A stretch of DNA of 62,496 bases, filler included, from Squatina squatina (lineage: Eukaryota), in assembly GCA_031763465.1 (NCBI GenBank). It is 3 parts of 3 records of this genome, joined end to end, with 100 filler letters (N's around TTAATTAATTAA, not from the genome) between each part and the next. Parts side by side here need not be neighbours in the genome. Positions count along the whole stretch, not along the records: positions 24,350 to 47,832 come from JARFOE010000004.1; 2 more parts are not named here. One strand, 5' to 3'. Below are positions 27,756 to 39,900 of this stretch, piece by piece. The notes under the pieces were generated by a model. It saw nothing but the letters and a program-made list of their open reading frames with translations, had not been told where the DNA came from and made no database searches. Made by a program: the position numbers and the translations under genes. Positions within the stretch are counted from its first letter, which is position 1; each line of letters starts with the position of its first letter.

Positions 27756-28997
27756 CTAAAATAAATTCAAAGTTCGTATTTGAATATTCACAAATCTTCA
27801 GCATAAACTTCACTACAATCATTTTTACAGGGTCTTTTCCACATGGAAATTGGTAAATAAGACTATGCACTCCAAAAAGATTCTTCAGATTCAAAAAAAT
27901 AGACCCCACAGCTCTATTTTTCTACTTACCCTGTCATTATACTGCCATTTTCACATCAATGTAAAACAGGTTTGGATGTGCGCGGATGGAAAGTAAGTAG
28001 CATAACATGAGAGTCAGCGATGTAACTCCCAACCACATTAAAGCAAAGAGGTGCGAGACCACCTGCGGGAAGTATTCCCACACTGCTTGGGGTGTCTCAC
28101 CAGATGCAGTCGTTTCAGTCCAGTATTAAAAGCAAGTTTGAAAAACTTCTTAATGTTGGATGTTTTGGATGTGGGCAGAGAACTATCATCCAAGTCGCTT
28201 TCTCCTGATCAATTCTCAGCGGCCAACAAGCTGAGCTCTGTACATCCCATGCTTCCATCATCCCATGCACCAGGTACTGCCGTTCGTGAGCAGAGTGCAA
28301 CCTGCTCCTTGGGTCTGGCAGCTGCACACACACTTTGCAGATACCAGTCTCCGAACGCTGCCACCAATCAGGTACCAATCACCCAGCATGCAGAATGCAA
28401 CTGCAGCCTGTTAGAATACGCTAAAGATGAAATTGCTAAAAAGATATATAAAATTACCCGAGGTTCACCGGTTTGGATTTCTTCACCATTAAGTACACCT
28501 TGGCAACTAGGGGACGGCAAGCTTGTCCATTTTAGTTTTCCTTTGGGTAGCTCTGATTTACGAATATTATTTTACTGACAAGTGTACCAATTCTAGCTAT
28601 AGGTATTTATTTTGGCAAAGTAAACAGTTTATTTTGTAAAATGCAAGGCGCTCTCGGTGAAAAATGAGGACCTGTCATATGAAACCTTACAGCTGCTCAG
28701 ACCAACTGCTTTTTAAGCTGGTATCAGGACGCTGTATCTTTGAACTTGCGGCTATTGAAATAAGCTTCTGAACTTTGCCCACCCTTAATTTCTTCTATTT
28801 TCTTGTTGGCATTGCATGATCAAACAGTTTACCTTACGACGCAAACAATTTCCTGCAACGCAATTTGCACAAAACAGTTTTGCAATATGGAACATTTNNN
28901 NNNNNNNNNNNNNNNNNNNNNNNNNNNNNNNNNNNNNNNNNNNNNNNNNNNNNNNNNNNNNNNNNNNNNNNNNNNNNNNNNNNNNNNNNNNNNNNNN

Positions 28998-29080
28998 TGC
29001 TCAAGTTCCTGGGGTGGGACTTGAACCCACAACTTTCTGACTCAGTGGTGAGAATACTATCAGAGAGCCACAGCTGACAC
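28998..29080 (-). mobile_element. tRNA-derived SINE head
   Basis: Antisense B-box-like gggttcaagtccc and A-box-like tggctc..tg.tag. A second copy lies at 32235-32345. Confidence 0.7.
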
Positions 29081-29264
29081 CTGGACGCCGGGGGAGTGGG
29101 GGGTGGCAGGAGGGAGAAATTAAATCCCACAGTGTGGAATCTGCTCCAATGACGCAATTCATGCAAGGCAGTTGAAAATAGCGCCATTATAAAATGGTCA
29201 CAAACAGCTCCCAAAATGACCTCTCTGGTTGTTCACAATTTGTTTACAGCAACAGATAACCTAC

Positions 29265-29413
29265 CATCCATTATCTCCACACAAAGTTGCAAGCCCAGAT
29301 TATGCTGTGGGTTTACTACCCAGTGATTGCTGGTAGCAGTGATATCGAAGACAAGCCATCCTCCATCTGATGCACGGATCTTCTTGCTGTCCAGCAGAAA
29401 GAGGTCAGCATCC
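29265..29413 (-). CDS. BMP5: BMP5 prodomain exon
   Basis: tttactag acceptor and gtagg donor, 149 nt. [49 protein letters not shown]. The phase-1 end fits the next exon. Confidence 0.93.
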
Positions 29414-29591
29414 CTAGTAAATAGAAATACAGCCGGCAATGAGTTATAATGCAGACCAATAGATAAGCACATGGACTTGCATTTATATGGCACATTTCAC
29501 ACCCTCAGTACACCCCAAAGTGTTTCACAATCAATGAATTACTTTTGAAGTGTAGTCACGACTGTTTTGTAGGCAAGCATGGCAAAGCGAT

Positions 29592-29947
29592 ATGTCTCCC
29601 TACCTAAGGAAGGATATACTTGCTCTAGAGGGAGTGCAACGTCAGTTCACCAGACTGATTCCTGGGATGGCAGGATTGTCGTATGAGGAGAGATTGAGTA
29701 GACTAGTCTTGTATTCTCTAGAGCTTAGAAGAATGAGAGGGGATCTCATTGAAACATATAAAATTTGTACAGGGCTTGACAGGATAGATGCAGGGAAGAT
29801 GTTTCCCCTGGCTGGGGGAGGGTCCAGAACCAGGAATCACAGTCTCAGAATAAGGGGTCAGCCATTTAGAACTGAGATGAGGAGAAATCTCTTCACTCAG
29901 AGGGTGGTGAATCTTTGGAATTCTCTACCCCAGAGGGCTGTGGAGGC
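29592..29947 (+). mobile_element. CR1/HER1-like LINE ORF2 C-terminus
   Basis: SPYLRKDILALEGVQRQFTRLIPGMAGLSYEERL...RGDLIETYKI...NLWNSLP. Confidence 0.9.
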
Positions 29948-30047
29948 NNNNNNNNNNNNNNNNNNNNNNNNNNNNNNNNNNNNNNNNNNNNNNNNNNNNN
30001 NNNNNNNNNNNNNNNNNNNNNNNNNNNNNNNNNNNNNNNNNNNNNNN

Positions 30048-30320
30048 CTTTCTCCCCATATCCCTTGATCCCTTTAGCCATAAGAACTATATCTAACTCC
30101 TTCTTGAATATATTTAATGACTTGCCCTCAACTGCCTTCTGTAGTGGAGAATTTCACAGGTCCACCACTCTCTGGGTGAAGAAATCTCTCCTCATCTCAG
30201 TCCTAAATGGCTTACCCTTTATCCTTAGACTGTGACCTCTGGTTCTGGATTCCCCTGCCATCAGGAACATCCTTCCTGCATCTCGTCTGCCCAGTCCTGT
30301 TAGAATTTTATAAGTTTCAA
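30048..30320 (-). mobile_element. CR1/HER1-like LINE 3' fragment, inverted relative to the previous copy
   Basis: Antisense IETYKILTGL...SRTRGHSLRIKGKPFRTEMRRDFFTQRVV. Confidence 0.85.
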
Positions 30321-30620
30321 TGATATTAGGACAGGTGACCAAAAGCTTGTTCAAAGGGGTGGGTTTTAAGGAGCATCTTAAAGGAGGAGAGAGGGGTAGT
30401 GAGGCGAAGAGGTTTAGGCAGGGAATTCCAGAGCTCCGAGCCGAGGCAACAGAAGGCACGGCCACCAATTGTTGAGCGATTATAATCGACGATGCTCAAG
30501 AGGACAGAATTAGAGGAGTGCAGATATCTCGGCGGGGGTTGTGAGGCTGAAGGAGATTAGAGATAGGGAGGGGACGAAGCCGTGGATGGATTTGAAGATG
30601 ACGACAAGGACTTTAAATAC
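30321..30620 (-). mobile_element. L2-like LINE 3' end
   Basis: ggtttaggcagggaattccagag-type sequence (antisense WNSLP), similar to 25410-25560 and 60530-60720. Confidence 0.6.
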
Positions 30621-32234
30621 AATTGTCAGGCAGCTAATGCTGATTACTGTGCAGCTTCAATCTCGTTTACTCTGTAATTCTGTAATGCTACAAATGCTAG
30701 AATGGCCACACAAGGAGAACATTTCTCACCTCCCATGGGTACATCTGAGTTGGCAACAGTCATGTAATTAGAGCGGCCTTGACCTGCCACTCCAGAACTG
30801 GTCAAAATGAAAAGGTACCACTACCTAATAAATTGTATTTAGTACTCTCTGGAGTCTGAAATGCGAAATCTCTGACTAATGGCCAGTGTGTTCTTTGAAC
30901 TGCTAGAAAGTTTGTAATTAATTAGACATGTCTCATGTGATGGTTCTTTAGTGTCACAACCTAAAATAAACATTCCCAATCTCGGGAGTGATTTATGGAC
31001 TGTTCAGGCCTTTGATTTTACTGTTAATTGTCAATAGACAGAATTACACCCTATAAAAGAGTGAACAGCAAAGTTGAGGCAATAGAAATTTCAAACGACT
31101 AGAACTTTTGTTACTTAAAGTAAAGCAAATGGATTTACCATTATACTGTAACATTGTTTGGTTTTACTATACTTTGTTTTTTCCTTAATATCCCACCATT
31201 GACAAGCAGTAAGAAATTAAAATAGAGAGCTGTTTGGTTAAACATTGTAGATAGTTTTGCTCAGTGAGGCTCATCAATTGAAACAAAAACAAGGGAAGGT
31301 AATCAAAATATACTGAGTACTGCAGAAATATCAACTCTGCATTAGACAACTGACTTTGGTAAACCACTATGTTTGAATGCCTGTGACAGAAACTGATCCA
31401 GATTATTAATCCACAACATGAGAAGCTCCAGCTCTGAACATTTTAGTGCGCTCCGGTTGCTTTTCTTCCTACAATGTACTTTGGAATCATCTTTTTGTTC
31501 AACGATGCATGCCTAGTTCAGACTATAATCTGAAAAAATGTTGGCATGAATTGAAAATTTCACTCAGACAGTTTTACACAAGGATGGCTGATGAGGGAAG
31601 CGGAAATGCTCACACTGGTGAAGTACGGGTAGTCTTTTGAGTCTGTGGGTAAGCCACATAGTTGGGGCAAAATAAAGGGAGCTTTGCTGTTGCACCTGAT
31701 CTTGGTGTGTCTGATGCTAACACTGAGTGGAAAAAGTGCTTGGGGGTAGTTACACTGCCACTGCCATTTTGATGTGTGCGGTTCCAGGTACACGTTAACA
31801 TGAAAGTGGCAGCATAACTTGGGCGTAAGGTACCAGTCTGGCTCCTGAATGCACTAAACCCAGTGTGTGACAAAGGAAGGGAGCAAAACTAGAAGGTGAG
31901 TCACACCAGGCTACTCTTGTGCACCTAGTTTCATAGCTGAGCTGAAAGAGACTTCAGAGGAAGTTGGTTGCCTTCCAGTGCGATGACATGAGCATGGGAG
32001 AGGGACTGACCCAAAAGAGGGAAGGAAATAACTTTTGTAAAAAAGGAACCATATTGAAGAGAAAAGGTAGGTATAGATGAGCGCTCATCAGTATGTTGCC
32101 TCAGTATCACCTGGTAACCAAATAGCCACTGAGTNNNNNNNNNNNNNNNNNNNNNNNNNNNNNNNNNNNNNNNNNNNNNNNNNNNNNNNNNNNNNNNNNN
32201 NNNNNNNNNNNNNNNNNNNNNNNNNNNNNNNNNN

Positions 32235-32345
32235 CTGGAGTGTCAGCCTAGTTTTTTGCACTACAAGTCTCTGGAGTGGGACTTGAACCCACAACCTTCT
32301 GGACTCCAGCAGTGAGAGCACTACCCACTGAATCACAGTTGAAAT
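32235..32345 (-). mobile_element. tRNA-derived SINE head
   Basis: ctggagtgggacttgaacccacaaccttctg...ctacccactga, same family as 28998-29080. Confidence 0.7.
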
Positions 32346-34190
32346 TGCATTATGTGAGGAGGGTAAAAATATCCTTGTTAGCCATATTCTCTTCAATGGA
32401 TAGAAAACTGACCCAGCAGTTGTTTAGCCACTGTGAGTAAACACTTATTATATTAATGTTTGTTAATTTTCTGCAACATAAACAGGTTTGGTATACATGA
32501 CTTAAAACTAAATATTCAAAAGTTAAGATTGGCAGATTTAGGACTGGATGCATACAAATAACCATATGATTACTTTATGCTCGTTCATTATCCTAGTACA
32601 GTTTAAAATAGCTGGCCTTGTACTATATTCTTAGAAACAATTAAATATGGATTTTTATTTTCTTGACTTCTCACCAAGCTTTAAACAGCTCACTCACTTT
32701 ATCTTATACAGAAGGCTGAGGTTTATTAGAGTGCAAGTAAACTTCCCTGGTGAAAATTTCCTAAAGCAACCTCTACCTTTATTTTAACCACAAACACGTG
32801 TACGTTATATGCTGAAATCTCATAAAGGGATCATTTGCCTTTACAGTGACACGAGAAGCAGTCCACACCTCTAAGCGTGACTACATCACGAGCTGCCTCA
32901 ACATTACACTTTGGTATCCTTAGGCTTCTATAACCGATGACCAGCCAGGATTGCTAAACTCTTCGGAAACATTTCATGGCCTGTTTAAATTAATTATCCA
33001 ATTCTTTGTACTTCTGATCTATTAAATTTTATGTTGTAACTTAATCATTGTGTCACCATTAAAAATTGAAGCCATGTTTCAGTGTTAAGGTACAGCAATC
33101 CCAAACTGAAACGGCTAATGAATTGCCCGCAAAAGCGCATATCATTTATTTAGGAGATGTATTGGCACGAGATTGAAAGATATTGCTCGTTCTTAACCTA
33201 TCCATTTTGTCTTCATTCTTTTGTGATCCACAGTCCAATAGGATTGTCTGCTTGATCATAATAACATACAGTCGCACATGATACAGTTTAACTGGAGAAT
33301 TCAATATCATCCATCAACCTCCACCCCCACCACCCCGCCCACAGCCAGAGGTAAGATGGGCGAAAACATTATTCGTTTTTCAGTTTTGTACATACATTGC
33401 TCCCAACTGTCATAGCACCAGGATAAGTTGGGGTGGTTCAATGCAAACATGTTCCGCAAATTTGGTACATGAAAGGAAAAGACTAAAACTGAGATTTTTT
33501 TTTTTAAGAATTGAGGTTAACGGATTAGGTCAAAAATAATTGGGTGGGGGTGAAATAATAAATTCAGTGGATATCTCTAAAACAAGGGTTTGAATCTTGT
33601 CCAGACAGGTGATGAAGGACTCTCTACAGCAGCTGTAAATACACAACAGAAATGAATTTATGTAATCCAGTTCATAGTAGGTGTAGGCCCATAACTCAGA
33701 CTGGCAATTTGTCACAAATAAGGAATCTCAGTGTGGCTTTAAAAGTAATAGGAAAAAAAACCACACATTTGTAGATTAGAGGCTGTTCTTCTGAAGGTGG
33801 CACTAAAACACATTGCTGAAGCAGAATAGGAATTTTATCCTGCAACCAGCCATGACATACCTGACAAGGAAATTCCTTGTCAAAATTGGAAAGCATTCCA
33901 TCCTTCCAAACAAACATGCCTCACTTTTTCTTCATAAAAATATAAATTACTTTCTGNNNNNNNNNNNNNNNNNNNNNNNNNNNNNNNNNNNNNNNNNNNN
34001 NNNNNNNNNNNNNNNNNNNNNNNNNNNNNNNNNNNNNNNNNNNNNNNNNNNNNNNNCACATCCCAAGAGTGAATTAAAAAAATCTTTTGTCACATAATAT
34101 TCTGTTAAAAAGTGATCAGAGCTACAAAAGTACTGAGAAAAGATATCTGTATGATGTTACTTTTCTGTTTTAAAAGACACTTAATAAACA

Positions 34191-34358
34191 GAAAATAAAG
34201 AATACATGGGAGTGAGTTACAAGGCTGTAATCTAACCAAGGAGTATAGATGGCATCATAAATTTCAACCACAAAGGTTGAATGGTTTACTACCTTCATCT
34301 GCATCCTTAGATTAGATTACAGCCTTAAACTCACTCCCTCGTATTCATTATTATTTTC
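34191..34358. repeat. About 165-bp fold-back inverted repeat (MITE-like)
   Basis: gaatacatgggagtgagttacaaggctgtaatctaa pairs with ttagattacagccttaaactcactccctcgtattc. Central ttcaacc-acaaa-ggttgaa stem-loop. Confidence 0.85.
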
Positions 34359-35703
34359 TTTTACATATATGTACTTTTATCTGCTTGTGCGCTTCTTGTT
34401 TCATTCATGAGCTGTGATGTTTGACAGCATGCATTATGTTTTTGATGCATGATATGATGCTCACAGAAAGGTAATAACCATTTTTAACCTGCTGTTGATT
34501 ACAAGGATTTACAACAATCAGCCCACATCATAATCGATATAATAGAAGAGTAAACTACAAACCAGTAAAAAATAAACTCTCTTCCAAAAATTGGAAAAAA
34601 AAGGAGTGCAGTGAGTCCTTTGAAACTATTGTCGAACAATCAATAAATACAGAAACAAAAAGATTTAATAANNNNNNNNNNNNNNNNNNNNNNNNNNNNN
34701 NNNNNNNNNNNNNNNNNNNNNNNNNNNNNNNNNNNNNNNNNNNNNNNNNNNNNNNNNNNNNNNNNNNNNNNGAGTGGAGCATAAACGCCAGCATGGACTG
34801 ATTGAGCCGAATGGTCTGTTTTTTGGTTGTATATACGATGTAAAAGAAAATGCATTCGAACAATCCTACAATAAATATTAAATGCAGCCCCTAATGTATC
34901 ACGCCGGAATTTAATACTCTATTCCAAAACTCCCAAACAATTATAAGTGTGTCTATAATTTCAGTAAGGATTGGGAATTGCCGCAGAAGGTTTAATATTT
35001 AGGGGTATAATCATTTCTTACGAAGTAAAATGCTATTCAACCATTTGTCTTTGCAAAATCGGATACTCTTGAGTTCTAATGAGTGACAATAAAGAATGTC
35101 GGATGCGCCTTCCACCTGCAGAGGTACAAAGGCTAACCTTTTTTAGCTCCAGGGGAAATGAAATTGCAACAAAATTAAACTTCACTTCACTTGGGCCTCC
35201 GCCTTTGCTGGCAGCGCTGGGGGATTCACGGGAAATAATTAGAAGAGATTGAAACAGTCAGAGTGCCTTGAAATCTCCTGGGGAGCCTTTNNNNNNNNNN
35301 AATTGACACCTTGCGAACTGTTTTAATTTAAACTAATATAGCACTTGTGCGCCCAAATTACGAAAGAACGCGTTTCCTAAACAAACTAAGTTCATTACAA
35401 GTAAACATCTGGGTTGACTTTAGTCAGTTAAAAGCGCCCCACACGCCACCGGAACCGAAACCTGTCTGTATCTTTAGTTATTACTATCCGGCTGAGTGAA
35501 GCCATTCTGATGTGAGAATCGTTTACGGAACAGTAGGTTTATGATAATATTGGTGGTAGTGAAGTTGCTAATTGAACTGGATTGTTTGGACAAGATACTC
35601 ATANNNNNNNNNNNNNNNNNNNNNNNNNNNNNNNNNNNNNNNNNNNNNNNNNNNNNNNNNNNNNNNNNNNNNNNNNNNNNNNNNNNNNNNNNNNNNNNNN
35701 NNN

Positions 35704-36472
35704 GTCGCGGAGGGAGCAGTCCCTTTGGAATGCTGACAGGGGAGGGGAGGGAAAGATGTGTTTGCTGGTTGACTCGCGCTGGAGGTGGCGAGAATTGCGG
35801 GGGATGATCCGTTGAATGTGGTGGCTGATGGGGTGAAAGGTGAGAATAAGGGGAACCGTATCATGGTTCTGAGAGGGTGGAGAAGGTGTGAGGGCAGAGG
35901 TGGGGGAAATGGACCAGACACGGTCGAGGGCCATATCCACCACGGTAGAGGGGAATCCTCGGTTGAGTTAAAAGGAAGACATTTCAGGAGCACTGGTTTG
36001 GAAGGTGGCATCATCAGAACAGATGCGCCGTAGGTGGAGGAACTGGGAGAACAGAATGGAGTCTTTACAGGAAGTGGAGAGCGAGGAAGTGTATACTAGG
36101 TAACTGTGGGAGTCAGTGGACTTATAATAGATATTTCTGAGGAGTCTATCCCCAGAAATGGAGACAGATAATTAGAGGAATGGAAGGGAAGAGTCACAGA
36201 TGGACCATCTGAAGGTGAGGGAAGAGTGGAAATTGAATGCAAAGTGAATGAAAGTTTCTTATTCGGGGCGGGAGCAAGAAACGGCACTGATGCATTCATC
36301 AATGTACCGGAAAAAGATGTTGGGGAGGGGGCCTGAGTTTTTAACAAAGAATGTTCAACATATCCCACGAAAAGGCAGGCATAGCTCGGACCCATGCGGG
36401 TGCCCATAGCAACACGTTTAATTTGTAGGAAGTGAGTGGAGTCAAAGGAGAAGCTGTTCAATGTGAGAACAA
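35704..36472 (-). mobile_element. Penelope-like element RT fragment
   Basis: LTLNSFSFDSTHFLQIKRVAMGTRMGPSYACLFVGYVE, and VPLILTFHP..IQRII further on. Confidence 0.85.
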
Positions 36473-36514
36473 TATAAAAATGCAAGTCTTTCTATATTTC
36501 TTCATTTTCTTCAG

Positions 36515-36774
36515 CGATATCTTAGCATGGAGATCCCTGAAAAGTTTTGCATCGAGCGGAGGCAAATACCTTCTCTGTGCAGGAATGTACCACCATAATA
36601 TTTGTGTCTGCGGCGCTGCAGACTTGCACTGGATCCTTCAGCATCAGCAGCCACTTTGTTCAAAAGAAAATAGGCTCTGAAGTGAAGAGAGCAGCAATGA
36701 AATGTTTTGTGGAATATCTCCGACAAAAGTCACTACCAGAAACGGTATTTTGCAGTGCCAAGTTTCTGAAGTGA
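36515..36774 (+). pseudogene. GCNT-family (core-2/I-branching beta-1,6-GlcNAc transferase, GT14) C-terminal exon with a frameshift
   Basis: ttttcttcag acceptor. CAGMYHHNICVCGAADLHWILQHQ, then a frame change, then HFVQKKIGSEVKRAAMKCFVEYLRQK. Resembles GCNT3 [50 protein letters not shown]. Confidence 0.6.
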
Positions 36775-36869
36775 AGGCAATTGATGACCTCTCGTCTGTA
36801 TTTGTTAGTAACTGGATGAAACGAGGGAGGATGTTTCCCACGATCGGTGCTTTAGATCAAATGAATTAT

Positions 36870-39800
36870 CGAATCATATAATGATACAGCACAGAGTGAG
36901 CCCTTTCTACCCATCGTGGCTGTACCAGCTTTTTGATAGAGTTATTAAATTATTTCTAATCTCTTGCTCTTTCCCCACATCCCTGTATTTTTCCCTTCAA
37001 GTATTTATCCAATTGTCTTTTCAATGTCACCATTGACTCGGCATTTACCAACGTTCCGGACAGATCAAAACAAGTTGCTCCATAGAAAATTGTTTCCTAA
37101 TGTTGCGTTTGGTTCTTTTGCAAATCACCTTCAATTTTTGCCCGCCAACTAACAACATTTCTGCTGCTGGAACAGTTTCTCCTTATTCATCAAAAAAACC
37201 CATTAATTTGAACTCTTCCATCAAATCTCCCCTTAACCCTCTCTGCTCCACTTCAGGGCCATTAATACATATCCTCAAGCACAATAGTCCTAATACCTTT
37301 CACAAATCTATGCTGGCTTTCAGTGTACGAGCCCAGACTGTTCCAAATGTCCATCAATGTTTTCCCTAATTAATGTCACCAAAAATGTCCCCACCATCGC
37401 CATTAGCCTGACTTGCCTTTAGCTGCTGGGTTTATCTCTTTACTTTTTGAAACAAGAGTATAATGTTTTGCAATCCTCCAGTTCTCTGGCACCTAAATGT
37501 AATGCAAAACTTTGGCATCAACTCTGTAATTTCCACCCAAACTTCCCGCAGTAATATAGGACTTAACCCATCCAGACCGCATAAATTGTCACCTTTGAGG
37601 ACTGGGAACCTTTCAAATATCTCCTCTATCTTATTTCACTCAATCCAATTTCACTGTTTCTTTCTTTACTGCTGCAGTGGCAGCATCCTCTGCTCCATTG
37701 TTGTCAGTTTCAAGGTACTCATTTAGTATCTCAGCCGTTCTCTCTGCCTCCACAAGTAAATTTCCTTGTTATCCCCAATACGCATAATTCTTCCTTTGAC
37801 CAGAAAGGCCAACCACCGATTGTTGCCCAATTGGTGTACTTTAGTGCCGTTATAGCGCTGAAAAGTGGCGCTAGTCGGGCACTCATCTATAGATTGGCAA
37901 CTATCCCCTCCCCCCATCCGCACCATTGGTGATGGTGTTCCAGCGGCACAAAACCACTTCACCGGGGTAAGGCCTGCAGTGTCATCATATTGTGAGCCGA
38001 CCCCAGAGCGCAACCTCGTGACCCCCTTTAGTGCTGCTGGCGAGCCACAGCCGGAATTGATTCTTAGCTCACCAGCAAGGCCCGTGCCTGTAACTGCAGA
38101 GTTCAATGATACACTCGGTGTATTGCCACCTTTATTAACTGTAGGGGAATCACGTGTACAGGAGGAACACATGCACATCTAGTTGCAGTGGAGTTGGTGT
38201 GGGGGGCGTGGCGGGGATTTACCAGTCACACAGTCAATACTATTGTTAGAGTAGTACTACTGATATTACCATAGGAGCACGTTCGCGTGTGGGCATGCTT
38301 GTAGTAACTGAGGAGCGCTGACGCATCTCATCTAAGTGTAGGGGCGCCACTAGTACCAAAGGAGCACAGTCACCTCTTCTGTAAGTGTAGATTTCTTCTA
38401 TACTGGGAATGGGGGGTGGATGCAAACGCACAACTAGTGTAAGTGTAGGGTTCCACTATATCGGAGCGGACGCTCAAGGCTAAGGTGCCTGACTGGGTTC
38501 ATCACCAGTGTTGCAGAATGGGTTTCCCTGCCAGTTCATGCATAGTTGTGACACTAGGAGTGAATTAAGGGCAGGGTAGTGAAGATTAGTACAATGTCTG
38601 TAGGATGAGGGTCATTGGAAATTTCACTTTCCACTTGTAAGCAATGCTTATATTGTGTATTTGTTAAACTGCCCACTCACAATCTCATGTGAAATTCTCC
38701 CTCTCTTTGCCGCATGCACTTTTATTTATATAGCCTTTATTAAGATAATTGAATTTCCCATTACCTCACTCTAAATAGCTTACATCTATTTGTGTGATTT
38801 GCCTGAAATCCTGTTCCTCTATCTCATTTCCACTAGAGTCTATAGTATGCACCCAGCAGTCAATTAGCTTTCTGTTTTCTTCAACTCTCAGCAAATAGAT
38901 TCTGTCGTTGAACACTCGAGTACATCTTCCTTTTCTACTGCTATAACAAGGAAGGCATTGAAGTTAGCAATTTTAGGCGCCCTTTCTTCCCGTTCTTTGA
39001 GCCCGGTATCCAGTATTGGTGTTATTTCACAATCCCACATGGCTCCTGGCATCTGCAGTGCACCAACTTTATTCGTCACATTATATCTTAGTCTGCTCCT
39101 CATTTCCCGCCTGCCTGGTTCCTCCTATTTCTTAACTACTCTTTATTCTAATGCTGTTTGTGCTTCCCAGTCCGCAGTGCGCATTGTTCCTCCTCTCTAA
39201 TCCTTCAGTATGATGTCCCTCCCCCTGACAAATTGTTTAAAATCCCTCACAGCACCAGCTAACCTTCCTGCAAGTTCATTGCTCCCATTAATGTTGAGGT
39301 GCAGCATTTCCATCTTGCACTGGTCCCTCGTGTCCCAGCACTAGTGCCATTGCTCTTGGGATCTGAAGCCCTCCTTCCTGCTTCCCTGGCAAAACTTTCT
39401 GCAACCGTTCAGTGATGTTCTTTACGCAGGCACCAGGGAGGCAACATGCCATACAAGACTCAGTTCAGTATTTGTAGAAACGCGTGCTAATCCCCTGGAT
39501 ATCGATTGCCCTATCACAACTGCATTTTTGAACTTCTGCGCCCCGTGTGCAGTAATTTGCCCTGTGTTGCTGCGGGTTTGTTCCAGTCTGCAGACCCCGA
39601 GGTGTCGTCATCCTCACCTGTATTGAAGGTCGGTTTGAGAGTGCCACACTCCCGGAGGATCCCAGCAGCACCTGTCTCTCAACACACTACTGGATGGCCA
39701 TCAAGTTACTATCGTTATGAACTCAATGTGGCCACCTTCTGGAAGATGTGATCCAGGAAATTGTTCGCCCGACATTGACTCTAGCAGCTGTTCAAATTCA

Positions 39801-39900
39801 GGAACCCTGAGCTTACATTGGAGATGATGTAGGCACTTCGAGCATACATGTTTATCATGGGTACGGGAAGCGTTTTGGAGTTACACCGTGTCACTGTTAT
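36870..39900 (-). mobile_element. Degenerate, internally deleted CR1 LINE (ORF1 esterase, endonuclease start, RT pieces, 3' tail), interrupted at about 37800-38630
   Basis: Antisense CCLPGA near 39430-39450 (esterase), YNVTNKVGALQ..AMWDCEITPILDTGL (APE start) near 39000-39090, CR1-like ORF2 pieces at 37380-37800 and tail near 36880-37250. Confidence 0.6.

Noticed and set aside
28051-28578. 175-aa ORF inside a BMP5 intron
   Set aside because: No recognisable homology and a non-ATG start. It may be an old LINE ORF1 remnant on the opposite strand.
28998-29080. tRNA gene
   Set aside because: Only a degenerate SINE head with box motifs. No full cloverleaf is evident.
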